NCBI RefSeq assembly: GCF_001194135.2
Contig: NC_068982.1
Span: forward strand, 126,259,596 to 126,323,595
Direction of reading: 5' to 3'
Source of the DNA: Octopus bimaculoides
Lineage: Eukaryota
Length of the DNA: 64,000 bases
Of this stretch, positions 24,986 through 37,944 are shown one piece after another (position 1 is the first letter of the stretch; every line of letters begins with the position of its first letter). The notes under the pieces are model-generated. The model was not told where the DNA came from. It worked only from the letters and a program-made list of their open reading frames with translations, and searched no databases. The position numbers were made by a program, and so were the translations under genes.

Positions 24986-26478
24986 GTATGAAACAAAAAC
25001 TGTAAAATATCTCAAATGACAATTTATTTATTATGGTGAGAATTAATACATATGTTTACCAAGTTCTGAAACTTTCCTAACTCTAAATCTAACTATACAA
25101 AGACTTGCAAGTGTACACGCACACAAACATCAGTAACTAAAACACTTCCATTCTAATTTAATACAATATATATTTATTAGTTGAAGTACTTGGTTATGTT
25201 TAAGTATAAAGCAGTAAATGCAATGTAACACGGTAAAAGTATGGGAGAGAAAGTATCACTTCTAATAATTCCGTTTCCTCCTATAAAAAAACTTAGTTGA
25301 TTTAACTTGAAGCCAAACAGACATGTCTTATATGAGACTATGTGGATTAATACAGACATTTCTTCAATATACAAAAGAGAATGTTTATTTTGCTGTCTTA
25401 ATAGATCTAAAATAAAAAAGACTTTTACAGCAAAAAAAACTTCTTTAAAAATTTGCTTTAGTTAAAAGCTAGCCAATAATAATAAAAAAAAAAAAAATAA
25501 AAAAAGCATCAGCCCCATATTTATGGATTTTAGAGTAAAAATGGTTAAAGCAGTATTATAGTGGAAGTTTAAAGGAGAAATAGGTAAAGATGAGGAATCT
25601 TGGGGGGATGGGAGAGGGGAGAAAAGAAATAGAAATTAAATGGATTTTTTAAAGTGAAATCTGCTTTTGCAGTTTTCAGACTAAAGAAGCAATGTCCAAG
25701 TAGAGAAAGAGAGGGAGAGATGGAGAGAGTCAAGGCAATTTTATTGTTAAATCAAATCAATATCTACAAATCTCAAGATGATAGCAGACATTGAAAAAGT
25801 ACCTTACACATTCTTTCAAGGAACAAAAATTCACTGAGACTATAGCATCACTAATTGCCATAACCACTAAATTAAATAATATCGACAGAATTGTATACCA
25901 AACTTTGAAAAGTTTTAAGACAAAATAGATATTTATCTGTATACATTCCAGGTTAATCTAAGAACTACAATTGAATTTCACAACAATTTTACTTTCAGAG
26001 GAATGAATATATATAACAAAAGGTTAGAGATATGAATTTTTCAAGTTAAACAAGAAAATGAACATAAATATCCGTATGAACTAGCTGCAGTTAGGAAGTA
26101 GATAGTATTCAACTTGTTTTACAATTTAAGAAACGTCTGCTTTAATAATAACATGAAATATTGTCCTACCTTACCCACTTGAACATGCTAAGCAGCCAAA
26201 TTCCTACACATACACAATCCATACACAATGTGTGGGACCAGAAGGGCAAAATGCCAAATACAAATATAAGAGGGTATGGCTTGGTTGAGTTTAATAGTTT
26301 GTAGGTTGTTGTTCTATGTTCAAAACTTGCTAAGCTCATAGTAGCATGTCAGGTTGAGTCTAAGAACCACAACATCACAGATAAAATTTGATACATTTAT
26401 TTGTTAGTGTTTTTAGTCAACCAATTACTAGATTGGTATTGTTAAATTGCATACTGACTTGATTGCAATTAACTAATA

Positions 26479-26800
26479 GGCACTTTGTCAGTCGCAATGA
26501 TGAGGGCTCCAGTTGATCTGATCAATGGAACAGCCTGCTCATGAAATTAATGTGAAAGTGGCTGAGCACTCCACAGACACATGTACCCCTGACATTGTTC
26601 TTAAGGGAGATTCAATGTGACACAGAAAGTGACAAAGTTGGCCCTTTGAAATACAAGTACAACTCATTTTTGCCAGCTGAGTGGACCAGAGTAACATGAA
26701 ATAAAGTGTCTTGCTCAAGGATACAATGTGCTGCTGGGTACTGAAATCATGACCCTATGATTGTAAACCGAATGCCCTAACCACTAAATAATATGCCTTC
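26479..26800 (-). mobile_element. tRNA SINE, body Y + tail 1
   Basis: The 3' half is homologous to 4420-4599 and the 5' half to 35185-35310. Confidence 0.85.
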
Positions 26801-26933
26801 AAAAGATTGCAATTAGCACATTATGTTATCATGGCCTTAATACTGTTTCTACTTCGCAAATTTTCACCCATCACAGGGGTTTTTGGAATGTAACACCCAC
26901 AATAGTCAAAGGATTACTGTATATATGTTAATC

Positions 26934-27143
26934 TAAGGTGGTGAACTGGTAGAATTGTTAACTTGCTGGATGAAATGCTTAAGGACATTTCTTTGACTCT
27001 TATGTTCTGAGTTCAAATGCCACCAGACTTGACTTAGTCCAGGGTTGATAAAATAAGTGCCATCTAAGCACTGGGGTTGATATAAGCAACTTAGCCCCTC
27101 CCTCAAAATTGCTGGCCTTGTGCCAAAATTTGAAACCAATATA
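26934..27143 (+). mobile_element. Family-D SINE
   Basis: aaggtggtgaactggtagaattg...gttcaaat...aaattgctggccttgtgccaaaatttgaaaccaat. Confidence 0.8.
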
Positions 27144-28054
27144 TAGTTCAATCTGATTAATAGTTCTGAAACAGCAATATGTTCCAACACCAAGTAGATT
27201 CTGGAGAGAGTCTGCTTTTTTGCCCTGTCTATCCAATAGTGAGGCTTCAGCCTGGAAGTGCAGGGGTTTTGGAGAGTATGTTGTTACATCTCAGTCATCA
27301 CTACTCTCAGATCTGCTCTAGCCCAGGATGGTAGTACCTGTCAAAGGCCCCAGTTATGAGCCAAATAGCAGAAGGTAATCCTGTGAGGGCTTATCTCTAG
27401 ACATGTGCCATGTAAGTCCAGTAGTGTGTGGATGTGCCTTGATATAAAGGCTTTAAATTGGTTCTTTGTTTCTATGCATGAAGAATAAATTTGGGAGAAC
27501 AAGAAACAAGCAGAAAAACCAAAACTGGCAGAAGGCAACCGGAAACCACTGTAGAATTTTTTCTAAAGAAATTGAAGATGTTGAACTGTCAATGCAATGT
27601 CACGGGCTGACTACTTTTCTCAAAACAAACAAGGAATGTCAAATTATTGACAAATGTTTAAACTTTGGGCATGATACATTATTCATCTTGTTGAATATAG
27701 CTAAAGTTTATTAATAAAAATTGAAGAATAATTTTCTTCCATGAAAATTTAAATAATTCTGTAGTAGGAAGTTTATTCCAGTGACCTTAACACTAAACTA
27801 CTTAAAATGTAATTTAAGAAACTAGTTGCAAATTGCAATCTCAACAACTATATAATATTTACTTCACACCTACAGCTGACACTGTCTCAAATTAATTACA
27901 TTGTTGTTTATTAGCATTTACAGGTTAAAAGTTATTAATTTTTGATAATTAATAGTTACTTGCTAGAAGGAATTGAATTTCATTCTATTTATTTATTTAT
28001 TTATTTTGATACATGGAAGAGTGAAGATTTTCTTTCTTTCTTTTCTTTTTTTTA

Positions 28055-28510
28055 CTTGCTTCAGTAACTGGACTGTGACCATGCTGGGGCATTGCCATGA
28101 AGAGGTCTAGTTAATTTTATCAACCCAAGTCAAAAAGTCTAGTGGTGGTCTGATCTTAGGCAGGTTTTGTGCACGTTAACCTTCTCCAGCACTCTGTCTG
28201 TATGACCTGGGAGTGAGCCTATGCCCTCCCCTGCCACCATTAAATAAACTACTAGAACTAGAGCCATCCATGATTAAATCTGGGATGAATACTGAAGAGG
28301 TTTCCTGTTGCCTTCTCCAGGCAGGTGGGATTTGAACTCTGGATAGAGAGCTGGAAGGTATACCAAATAGCATTTCTGCCACTCTCCCACCCACTAGAGC
28401 ATGAAATGAAGTGTTTTGCTCAAGAACACGTCGCCCAGTCAGGAACTGAACCCATGATCTGACAATCATGTGTGCAATGCCCTAACCACTAGGCCGTATG
28501 CCTTCAACCC
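28055..28510 (-). mobile_element. SINE cluster: family-A tail, D-like head with RTE-5'UTR-like body (28160-28390), body-Y head (28390-28510)
   Basis: ggagaaggcaacaggaaacctcttcagtatt resembles the RTE/Bov-B 5' motif (recalled). The heads match other copies in the window. Confidence 0.55.
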
Positions 28511-29242
28511 AAGTACTTATTTTTTATTGACTGCTACTTGTCTAACTGCTATGTTGTGGGGCATAAACGAAGCAGCCTCAATGCAAAGACAGACACAACA
28601 TATGTTTTCTCTCTCTCTCTTTCACACAGACATAAATACATAAACACAACAGGCTTCCATACAGATTCTATCAATCTATCAAATTTCATTCATAAGGCTA
28701 ATGTCAACTTGGGGCTATAGTAAAAGACGCTTGTTGAAGATGGCACACAATGGGCTTAATCACACAACCATACAAGTACCTCACAACACACACACAAACA
28801 ATGAAACTAATTTATGTCTATAAAACTACTGCTGATAATACATCAAGTGTGCAGGAATAGCCATATGAAGTTAGCACTGTTGACAATCCTCAGAATTAAT
28901 ACTTTGCCAGCTTTTTATAATTATCTTTCCCATTCTTCCAGCAAGGTGAAAGGGCAATATAGTTACAATAAGCTAATACTGAAAGCCAGCTTTACTTAAC
29001 TTGAGTGACCAAGGCTAGTGGAATTTTTTTTATGTGTGTGTTCATATACATATGTATGCATGTGTTAGAATGAAGGAAGGATTATACTCATTGTTAGCAT
29101 CAAGGAAACACCAATCCTCACAAAGTTCTCAAAGAAACCTTTCACAGGCCATTTGTACACTCACAGCAGGAGTAACTCCAAGGCTGACTTCTTGTAACCA
29201 TTTATAATGGAAGGGTGTTAAATTTCTTCAGATCAGTAACTC

Positions 29243-29510
29243 ACTAGCATTCAGATTAATCTGTCAAATGTAATGCTTATGTATTCACGTGTTACTTCAT
29301 AGCTTTGAGATTTCGATGATGGAATTGTTTATTTTTAGAATGACATTGTAGGGTAAGCGTGAGAAGCCAGATCTGGCCAATTCAAATATAAAAATGTAGA
29401 ATATTTTGACCTGATAAGGCAAGTTTAACACTGCAGCATTCAAATCATTCTGTCTAAATGTAATGTTTATTTATTCGCATGGATTTTAATTAATCATGCA
29501 TTATCTCAAT
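29243..29510 (+). mobile_element. piggyBac-like MITE P2, one full and one partial tandem copy
   Basis: agcattcagatta.tctgtcaaatgtaatgcttat...gaatgacattgtaggg...ccagatctggcca. Confidence 0.7.
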
Positions 29511-30650
29511 TATATGTGCTTTGCTTGTTTGCCAGTAAGCTGCAATTTGGCACAGCGATGGTGATTCCATCAGGGGTTAAAACACTTGGAAGTCATAGAC
29601 AGATGAAACAACTCACCCCAAATCCCATTCAGGAGCAACGGAAATCAATGTTTCCCCCCATTTCTGTGGATCATCAAATTGAAGGCAAACTAAATTGCCA
29701 GTCCATGACTATATGCAAATAATATAAAAAGACCATTTTCTGGTATATCCTGATAATGCATATGTAAGGTATGGCCTGTTTAAAAAGCTCAAGGGTTGAA
29801 AATTAAACGGTTAAAGTAGGACTAAAACTAGATCCATGAATTTCTAACCAACCATCTAGTATTTAATCAATTTGGTGCACTACATTCAGCCCACTACACT
29901 GTTGGCTGGTAGAGTTAAATGTCTTGACAAAGGATGCAAATGAGCTAAAAAAAAAAAAAAAATTAATGACCTACAAACTGAACCAGGAAACTGAATACAT
30001 AGACAATTTATTTACTATCTTATACACAACATCTACAGACACGCCCACCTCATTTACTCACGCACAGTTGGTGATATCTGCCAGTAATACAACTACTTTT
30101 ATGTAATATTTCTAAACTGGCTGCCTTCCACACCACCTAATACTCAAATCACAAGAATTTTACCAATGGGGAAGCCACCAGAAGGAAGTATTAAGAAAAA
30201 TATTAAACTTGCATTTATTATATATACCATAATCATCGTTTAATGTCTGTTTTCCATGCTGGCATGGGTTGGACAGTTTTCTTTTTCTTTAATCTTTTAG
30301 TCAAAAGAGAGAGAGGAAGCAGTCTCACAATTCTTTACAGAACCTCTAAGACTGGTGGTAGGAAGGGAACTAACCCAAATGCTTGCAACAGAGCAGACTT
30401 CACTAAAGGCATCCAAAGTGCCAGATGATGGTGCTAAATTAAACGATGGGGGTCATGGTAGGATTTGAACTCAGAACACAAAAACAAAATTTTGCAAGGT
30501 ATAGTCAGACGTTCTCCAGATGTGACAATACCACTTCCAGGCTAGTGGATAGGCAAGAACTTAAAAGGATATTCCATGAAGTGTAATGAGATGAGAATAA
30601 AAATGGAAACAAGACAAGGGTGAGATAAAACAAGATTTGTCCATACTGAC

Positions 30651-30804
30651 CAGAAAAAGGTACATCCACACTGCTATCTGTGATAGCACTGAAGCTACTG
30701 CTTTCATCAATCTCAGATTGGGGAGGAGTAACATCTAAAGCGAGAGCCATCAGACCGCTTTGAGATTCTGAACAGAAGTCACCTTCTAGCTTTCTCTTTG
30801 GCAT
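30651..30804 (-). CDS. CSRNP: CSRNP/Axud1-family protein, first coding exon (MPKRKLEG...VDVPFS + phase 1)
   Basis: ATG at 30804 in ACA-ATG context, with an in-frame TGA upstream at 30879-30877. Basic KRK start then Ser/Asp-rich run as in CSRNP N-termini. Donor TCTG|gtcagt at 30651/30650. 51 codons + 1 nt joins AG of the next exon to give Glu. Confidence 0.85.
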
Positions 30805-30887
30805 TGTGCTGCTAATATCTACGACAGCCGTACAAAAATATGGATATTCACTGAATGATATAGCTACCACTTGTATTCACTGTAGCG
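30805..30887 (-). other. CSRNP: 5' UTR part of the first coding exon of CSRNP (spliced from an unlocated upstream non-coding exon)
   Basis: Strong acceptor ttttgttttttttttcttttttcttccag| at 30888/30887. A second AG lies 8 nt downstream. No upstream ATG in these 83 nt. Confidence 0.7.
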
Positions 30888-31266
30888 CTGGAAGAAAAAA
30901 GAAAAAAAAAACAAAATAATATATATTTCAATTGTAATAAGAATTCATAAAAACAAATAAAAAACGAATTGAAATGAAGAGAACAAATGAATAATAATAG
31001 CAGTGTTGACAATGGTGATGACTCAAAAGCTTCTTAACAGACAGAAGTGAATGTCTATTCCAAGTTATAGGCAACAGCAATTTTTTTTTCAGGCCACTGG
31101 GGTGCAAAAAGAAAAAGGAAATTTTTTTTTCCTTTTCTGTTTTTGCAGAGGGTTAGATCTTTTCAAGAACGTCAAAACTTATTTAACTTTTTCTGAATCT
31201 TGTTTTTTGTAGCTCCTGACAGTAGCATGAAGAATATTGTATACTCATACAAGCACTCTAACAGAT

Positions 31267-31579
31267 TTTTATTTTTTTTCCGCCCTTCTAACGCCTAGCC
31301 AGGCTCATGGGCCCGGTTTCCCGGTTTCTATGGCGTATGTGTTCCCCCCCTCCCAGCTGGACGGGACGCCAGTCCATCGCAGCGTTACTCAAGAAACAGG
31401 AAGAAAGAGTGAGAGAAAGTTGGAGCGAAAGAGTACAACAGGGGTCGCCACCACCCCTTGCCGGAGCCTCATGGAGCTTTAGGTGTTTTCGCTCAATAAA
31501 CACTCACAACGCCCGGTCTGGGAATCAAAACCGCGATCCTCCGACCGCAAGTCCGCTGCCCTAATCACTGCGCCTCCAC
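31267..31579 (-). mobile_element. Young tRNA SINE, body X + tail 2
   Basis: The 5' half matches 4218-4410 and the 3' half matches 35310-35412. TAACAGAT flanks both ends (31259, 31582). Confidence 0.9.
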
Positions 31580-31737
31580 TGTAACAGATACTGGAAAGTT
31601 ATTGATTAGAACAATTCATTAAAAATTAAGCTAATTAGTACAGTATATTGAAGAAGGTAGGAGCCCCAAGAAATAAAAAAATAATCTAAGAGTGTGGTGA
31701 TATAATAAACCTGGGCAGATACTAGTCTCATGCCAAT

Positions 31738-31888
31738 CATTACACTCTTGGAGTGGTTGGTGTAAAGAAAGGCATCCAGCTGTAGAAAACCATGCCAAAT
31801 CAGACTGGAATCAGGTGCAACCTTCTGGCCCTGGTCAAACCGTCCAACCCATGCCAACATGGACAATGGACGTTAAATGATGATGATG
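31738..31888 (+). mobile_element. RTE 3'-end fragment (family C)
   Basis: gagtggttgg...ggcatccagctgtagaaa...ccaacccatgccaacatgga...gttaaatgatgatg. Confidence 0.8.
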
Positions 31889-32229
31889 GGCAAGGCCAGG
31901 TATGGCCTCTAGTAGAGACTAAGAAATCCAGATTGCAACAAGATTATAATTTGGTGTTGCAAAGTAGTTAACATAACTGTAGTTTAATACTATCATTTCC
32001 CCAGTCATATATTATAGAAAACATACTAAATCTGAAATCTGTTAAGTGACATGAACAATTTACCTAAAGAATTACAAGATCATACACATTAGATCTGCTT
32101 TATACTACAGTTTAAATTTGACAGTCTCTATTGACATAATCTATCTCTATTAAAGATTCATAAACTCATTTTTGGATAGCATGTCCCTAAAAGTAGGCAG
32201 TTAAGAAGGCCACAGGGTTGAAGGGACAT

Positions 32230-32530
32230 ACAAATGGAGGTACCATATATGGCTCTCTGAGATATTAAACTAACTTCTAGTGTCATGAAGCTACTTCAGG
32301 AGATACTTGTCTGGAAAGCCAAACAGATTATTTCATTATATTGTATAATATCTATGCAACATTACTTTCCTTACGTAATGATTGATGTTGCTTGTCCAAA
32401 CGATAAAAACAAAAATACATTTAGGAAATAAATTATAAGAAACTTTCCAAATGTGGAACTGAAAATAAGTAGAGAAAGACTAACAGTAGCAATCCCCATT
32501 GTGATATTTATCTTAGAGCTTTTTTCTGCT
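32230..32530 (+). mobile_element. Possible RLE-type non-LTR endonuclease remnant
   Basis: IDVACPNDKN (about 32380) and TVAIPIVIF (about 32483) resemble the R4/Dong RLE C-terminus. Confidence 0.35.
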
Positions 32531-32647
32531 AGACCCAGCATGTAGGTCATTGACCAAATGTCAGTTGTAGTTCATTGGCACATGCCTGTGATGTGCATCT
32601 CTACCTTAACACATTTTTGTCTTATGTCTAAGCCATAGTTGTTTGAA

Positions 32648-32992
32648 GCGTTACCAGCGTCTCCTTACTGGCACGTGAAAAAACATTCAAGCGAGGTCAT
32701 TGCCAATGCCACTGGACTGACTCCTGTGCAGGTGGCATGTAAAAAACACCATTTTGAGCGTGGCTGTTGCTAGTACCGCCTGACTGGCCCTCATGCCGGT
32801 GGCACGTAAAAAGCACCTACTGCACTCTCGAAGTGGTTGGCATTAGGAAGGGCATCCAGCAGTAGAAACTCTGCCAGATCAGATTGGAGCCTGGTGCAGC
32901 CATCTGGTTCGCCAGTCCTCAGTCAAATCGTCCAACCCATGCTAGCATGAAAGGCAGACGTTAAATGATGATGATGATGATGATAATGATGA
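32648..32992 (+). mobile_element. RTE 3'-end fragment (family C) with three internal tggcacgtaaaaagcacc modules
   Basis: Read directly; (ATG)n tail. Confidence 0.85.
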
Positions 32993-33605
32993 ATGTTCGT
33001 AGGATAGTGTTGTGTGGAGTTAGAGATGTGACTGGGTGATCGAGGGTTAATTGAATATGGAGCAGCAGGCACTGTGTGGGTTGATGCTTATATGTCTAGA
33101 CGGTCTTTCCATTAGTGTTTTTATTCTATTTGGGTGTGGTCTGTGTGCAGTTTGTAATGATGCCAAGTTTTTCTATCTTGTGCTCTTTGTAGTTTATAAT
33201 GAGATGTGTTTGTGTGTATGCTGTTGTTTAGCCCCAGGTCAACCCAGATCAAGCAGAGCTGTGATCACAGGCATTCCAAGAACTACCATACTGTTATTTG
33301 ATATCTCTAGGACTGCACTATCGACAAGATCTTACCATATTTGTATTTAGTATGCAGAACACTCCTTTGGGATATTTTCCTTCGGCTATTTTGTTAATCA
33401 TAAGCAACATCATAACATTCCCATAATTTTGTAATTCTTGCCCACTGAGAAAATCTAATAAGGCTGAAAGCTGTCTGTTGCATTCACTCAATGGACTTTA
33501 AAGGACAAGATCCAAGTTGTAGAATATAAATATTCTAAAAAAGAAATTTGATAAGCATGTTACTGGTGTTATCTCCTTTGCTTTGTTTTTTTGTTATTTT
33601 TAGAT

Positions 33606-33900
33606 TTTAACCCTTTTGTTGCCGTATTTCTGTTGAGATGCTCTGTGTTTCTTTCATTTAATTTTTAGTAAAATAACTTAGTTATCATTAAGCTAGTGTT
33701 AGGAACATAAATTATGACTTAGGTTTGGTGGAAAATTTTAATTCAGAACTTCTGGTTGTATTTAACCCTTTTGCTATAATATTTCTGTTGAAATACACCA
33801 CCTTCGTTTTATTTCATTTTTAAACTGATAAAGAATTTAGTGAAATAGCTTTGTCGTTATTAAGCTGGCATTTGAAACAAATTAGTGTGAAATTTTGAAA
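33606..33900 (+). mobile_element. Two tandem partial piggyBac-like P1 MITEs
   Basis: Both begin ttaaccctttt (33606 and about 33762) and match 44439-44666 internally. Confidence 0.7.
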
Positions 33901-33904
33901 GAAA

Positions 33905-34495
33905 AAGGCATGGCCGTGTGGTAAAAAGCTTGCTTCCCAACCACATGATTCTGGGTTCAGTCCCACTGCATGGCACTTTGGGCAAGTGTCTTCTACTATA
34001 GCCTCAGGCTGACCAAAACTATGTGAGTGGATTTGGTAGAAAGAAACTGAAAGAAACCCATCGTATATGAGTGTGTGTGTTTACCCCCTCCCACCATGTT
34101 GGTGTGTTGGCAAAGAGATCAATAAAATAAGTACCAGGCTTAAAAAAAAAAAAGTACTGAGAATGATTCATTTGACTAAAAGTTCTTCAAGGCAAGTGTT
34201 TCAGCATGGCCACATTCTAATGACTGAAACAAGTAAAAGACGAAAGATGGTGTTTTAACATTTTTGTTTGTAAGTAAAGCAGCAAGCTAGCAGAATTGTT
34301 AGCACGTCAAACAAAATGCTTACTGACATTTTGTCCATCGTTACATTCTGAGTTCAAATTCCACTGAGGTTGACTTCACCTTTCATCCTTTCAAGGGCAA
34401 TAAAATAAGTACCAGTTGAGCACTGGGATCAATGTAATCAACTTAACCCTTCCTTTGAAATTGCTGGCCTTGTGCCAAAATTTGAAACCAATATT
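33905..34495 (+). mobile_element. Family-A SINE (33905-34245) followed by family-D SINE (34278-34495)
   Basis: Family motifs. Confidence 0.8.
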
Positions 34496-35184
34496 TTGTT
34501 TATAAGTGAGTAGTAAAGAATGGAGTTAAAAATTGTAGTGATGTTGATGATCATTAAAATAATGTGCGTAGAGCTTCTCTGTTGGAGTCATCTTGTATTC
34601 TTTGAACGAGGCTCTGTATGATTAAGAGTTGAGAGTGTCGTGGGCAGGAAAGGAAAATTTGCATTAGTAATATTTAATTAATTTTTCTAGGATTTTTTAA
34701 GGTTTAAATAATAATGCATCTGTAGAACAATACTTTGGCTGGGTTTTAATTAAGTTTTAGAAATGCAATTATTTTACTCAATTTCCAGATTCTGTGGAAT
34801 TAGCAATATTGGAAAGAACAATAATTGTATCCCAGTTCTGCTCTGATGCTATACATCAATGATTAAAGATATTCCAACCATGTCTTCCAATTTTCCTTTT
34901 TGGGGTACATCATAACAAGGATTATAGAATTCAATCTGTCCTTTGTCACGATGACAGGGTGTAAATTAAGTTTTATTTGGCTGCTAATTCCAGCACGTCA
35001 GCTCTCATAGCAGAGTGCCTGCTTCACTAATGGGGTGTAAGTAACAAGTGAATAAAACTTGCAGTAAAGTTTAAATTAACAACATTTTTTTGAATATCTA
35101 TATATTTGCTATATACTAACTTGGTTCTTTCATTGTGGGACATGGATTTATTAGGAAATTGAAGTGAAGCATAGGATGAAAATG

Positions 35185-35427
35185 TGGAGGCGTGTGGTTA
35201 GGGTGTCAGCCTCATGATCGTAAGATTGTGGTTTCGATTCCTGGACTGGGCGACGCGTTGTGTTCTTGAGCAAAACACTTCATTTCACGTTGCTCCAGTC
35301 CATTCAGCAGGCAAAAATGAGGAACGCTGCGATGGACTGGCGTCCTGTCCAGCTGGGGAACACATACGCCATTGAAACCAGGCCCATGAACCTGGCTAGG
35401 CTTTAAAAGGGCGCATTTATTTATTGT
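35185..35427 (+). mobile_element. Young tRNA SINE, body Y + tail 2, 14-bp TSD ATAGGATGAAAATG
   Basis: TSD at 35171-35184 and 35428-35441. Confidence 0.92.
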
Positions 35428-35568
35428 ATAGGATGAAAATGCTTGAGAAACTCTGGTGTAGAGGGGTTCCTTCACTGGCTCATAATAAAAATTGTCGAAA
35501 ATATTGAAGGGTGCAGTAACTCCCTATGTTTTATGAATACATTTGTGATTTGGCTAAAGTGCTAAAGT

Positions 35569-35780
35569 TTAACTCTATAACATTCAGATTATTCTGTCTA
35601 ATATAATGCTTATGTATTTACACTGAATTAATCGTATTTCATAGCTTTGAGAATTTGATGATGTAATCATTTATTTTAAGAATGACATTGTAAGGAAGGT
35701 CTTAGAGGCCAGATCTGGCCAGTTTGAATATAAAATGGGTAGAATATTTTGGCCCAGATATGACTGGTTTAAAGGGTTAA
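35569..35780 (+). mobile_element. piggyBac-like MITE P2
   Basis: TTAA at both ends; ends aaagggttaa. Confidence 0.75.
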
Positions 35781-36737
35781 TTTTTTTTTTTTTTCCATTA
35801 CTTCCTTACTGCTTTTCTGATATTTTTGATATAAAAAGTGGGCCAAGGTCTAAATAGAAAGTATCATGTGTTTTACTTTTTTGTCTACTTTATATAATGT
35901 TTAGTGACTGACATGGAAAAGCATTTGACAAGTTTACTTGTTATTGGGAATGTATGTTACTTCAAGATATTATTGTGAAGTGTGATTAGGTGTGGTCTTT
36001 TTCAGGGTTTGCTGATGTCCTGTCAATTACTTTGCACACTGTTGGCAGTTTATGTTAAATAATAACAAATGTTCGCCCATTTTCTACTTTTCCTTTGGTT
36101 TATTTTCTTCCCTATATTCTCATTTAGTTTAAGTTTTCTTTTGTTTTTGTTGAATGTGTTGTTGTTCAGTTATGTTTGAGGTTGTCCTTATTTTTATCAC
36201 ATCTATTACTTCAGTTTCTGCAATTATTTTATTGTGTGTACGCACCAGAATTATCATCTATATTAATGACTGTGGCGTTGTTGAATCCTGTATGTAATTG
36301 TAAGATGATGCAATTTGTCGTTAGTAGATAGAACTGGTTCCATTAAGCTTTGGCAAAGTGTTCGTTTTGTCTGTTGATGTGTGAATGCACTGTGATGATG
36401 ATGATGATGATGATGATGGGCAGGTGATTAGAGGAGTGTTATGAATTGTTTGCCATATGATTGTGGTAAATAGGTGTGTTAGTATATAAAGAATATAATC
36501 TAGAAAGGAGTTATTATTGTTGTCAGGTGAGTAAGACACAGATGTGTTGTTTAAGAGGTAGGGGAAGTATGGCCTGTCCTCTCTTCTCAGGGTGTAATCA
36601 TAGATCGGAAGGGTCTCCTGTTATAGGTTTATTTCTTGCTTCATTACAATGTGACAACCATATAGAATGGTGATAAAGTTTCTTAATTACAAGACAAAGT
36701 GCTGAATTGCAATGTGTTGAGTATTTATTTATTTAGG

Positions 36738-37400
36738 TCAGTGGTTCTTCACTGGGGCCCATGTTAAGATTTTGTTAAAATTGATCTGCAATAAATTGGT
36801 TATACTTCTACAGTACATAAAATATTTTAATCTTTTCTTTTTTATATATATAATTCCTTATAATATTTGATTATAAAGATATATTATTAATAGTAGGTGC
36901 AGGTGTGGCTGTATGGTAAGAAGCTTGCTTCTCAACCACATGGTTCCGGGTTCAGTCCCACTGCGTGGCACCTTGAGCAAATGTCTTCTACTGTAGCCAT
37001 GGGCCGACCAAAGCCTTGTGAGTGGATTTGGTAGAAACCCATTGTGTATATATATATATATAACACCAACCACTTCGTGAGTGTAGTGGGTGCTTTTTAC
37101 GTGCCAGGCTGTACAATGTTTTCCCCAACCTTTATCTAACCCAGTGGTTCCTAACCAATGTTTTTTTGTATCCCCCATCACTTAAGTAGTTGTTATGTCT
37201 AGCGTCCATGTAAGTGACAAGTAAAGTCCCATGACTAAACTAACTTAACATGGATGATAATTTATAAATTTTATTCTAAAAATAGACTGAATAAGCTTTT
37301 AACAGTGAAATGATAAAAATCAATTGCGACAAAAGTTGTAAATTTACTTTCTACATTGCAAATTAATGATTTCCCTGTGCCCGGTGAGAACTCATTTTAT
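36738..37400. mobile_element. hAT/Charlie-like MITE ends (cagtggttc at 36738 and 37142) around SINE-A head and family-C fragments
   Basis: CAGTGGTTC(T/C) is a Charlie-type terminus. Matching right ends and TSDs are not clear. Confidence 0.35.
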
Positions 37401-37463
37401 TTTAATAACCATTACTAGTTTTATTGTGTATAACATAATTACTATTATAGGTGAAATTTAGTA

Positions 37464-37944
37464 TTCTTTTATTTGTTTCAGTCATTTGACTGTGGCCACG
37501 CTGGAGCACTGCCTTTAATCGAGCAAATCGACCCCAGGACTTATTGTTGGTAAGCCTAATACTTATTCTATCAGCCTCTCTTGCTGAACTGCTAAGTTAC
37601 GGGGACGCAAACACACCATCATCAGTTGTCAAGCGATGTTGCGGGGACAAACACAGACACACAAACATATACACACACATACATATATATACATATATAC
37701 GACGGGCTTCTTTCAGTTTCCGTCTACCAAATCCACTCACAAGGCTTTGGTTGGCCCGAGGCTATAGTAGAAGACACTTGCCCAATGTGCCACACAGTGG
37801 GAATGAACCCGGAACCACTCACAAGGCTTTGGTCGGCCTGAGGCTATAGTAGAAGACACTTGCCCAAGGTGCCACACAGTGGGAATGAACCCGGAACCAT
37901 GTGGTTGGTAAGCAAGCTACTAACCACACAGCCACTCCTGTGCC
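37464..37944 (-). mobile_element. Family-A SINE with internal 82-bp tandem duplication
   Basis: Units at 37733-37814 and 37815-37896. Followed by (TA)n and a 180-N gap at 37956-38135. Confidence 0.9.

Noticed and set aside
30505-30650. Read-through part of ORF 30505-30870 (GQYGQILFYL...)
   Set aside because: Intronic sequence after the donor at 30650; phase matches splicing to exon 2.
30805-30870. GTG-initiated N-terminal extension MVAISFSEY...
   Set aside because: Non-AUG start just after an in-frame stop. The ATG at 30804 has good context and matches family N-termini.
32243-32252. Perfect CArG box CCATATATGG upstream of an immediate-early-type gene
   Set aside because: Several such 10-mers are expected by chance in 64 kb of AT-rich DNA, and it lies in a probable retrotransposon remnant.
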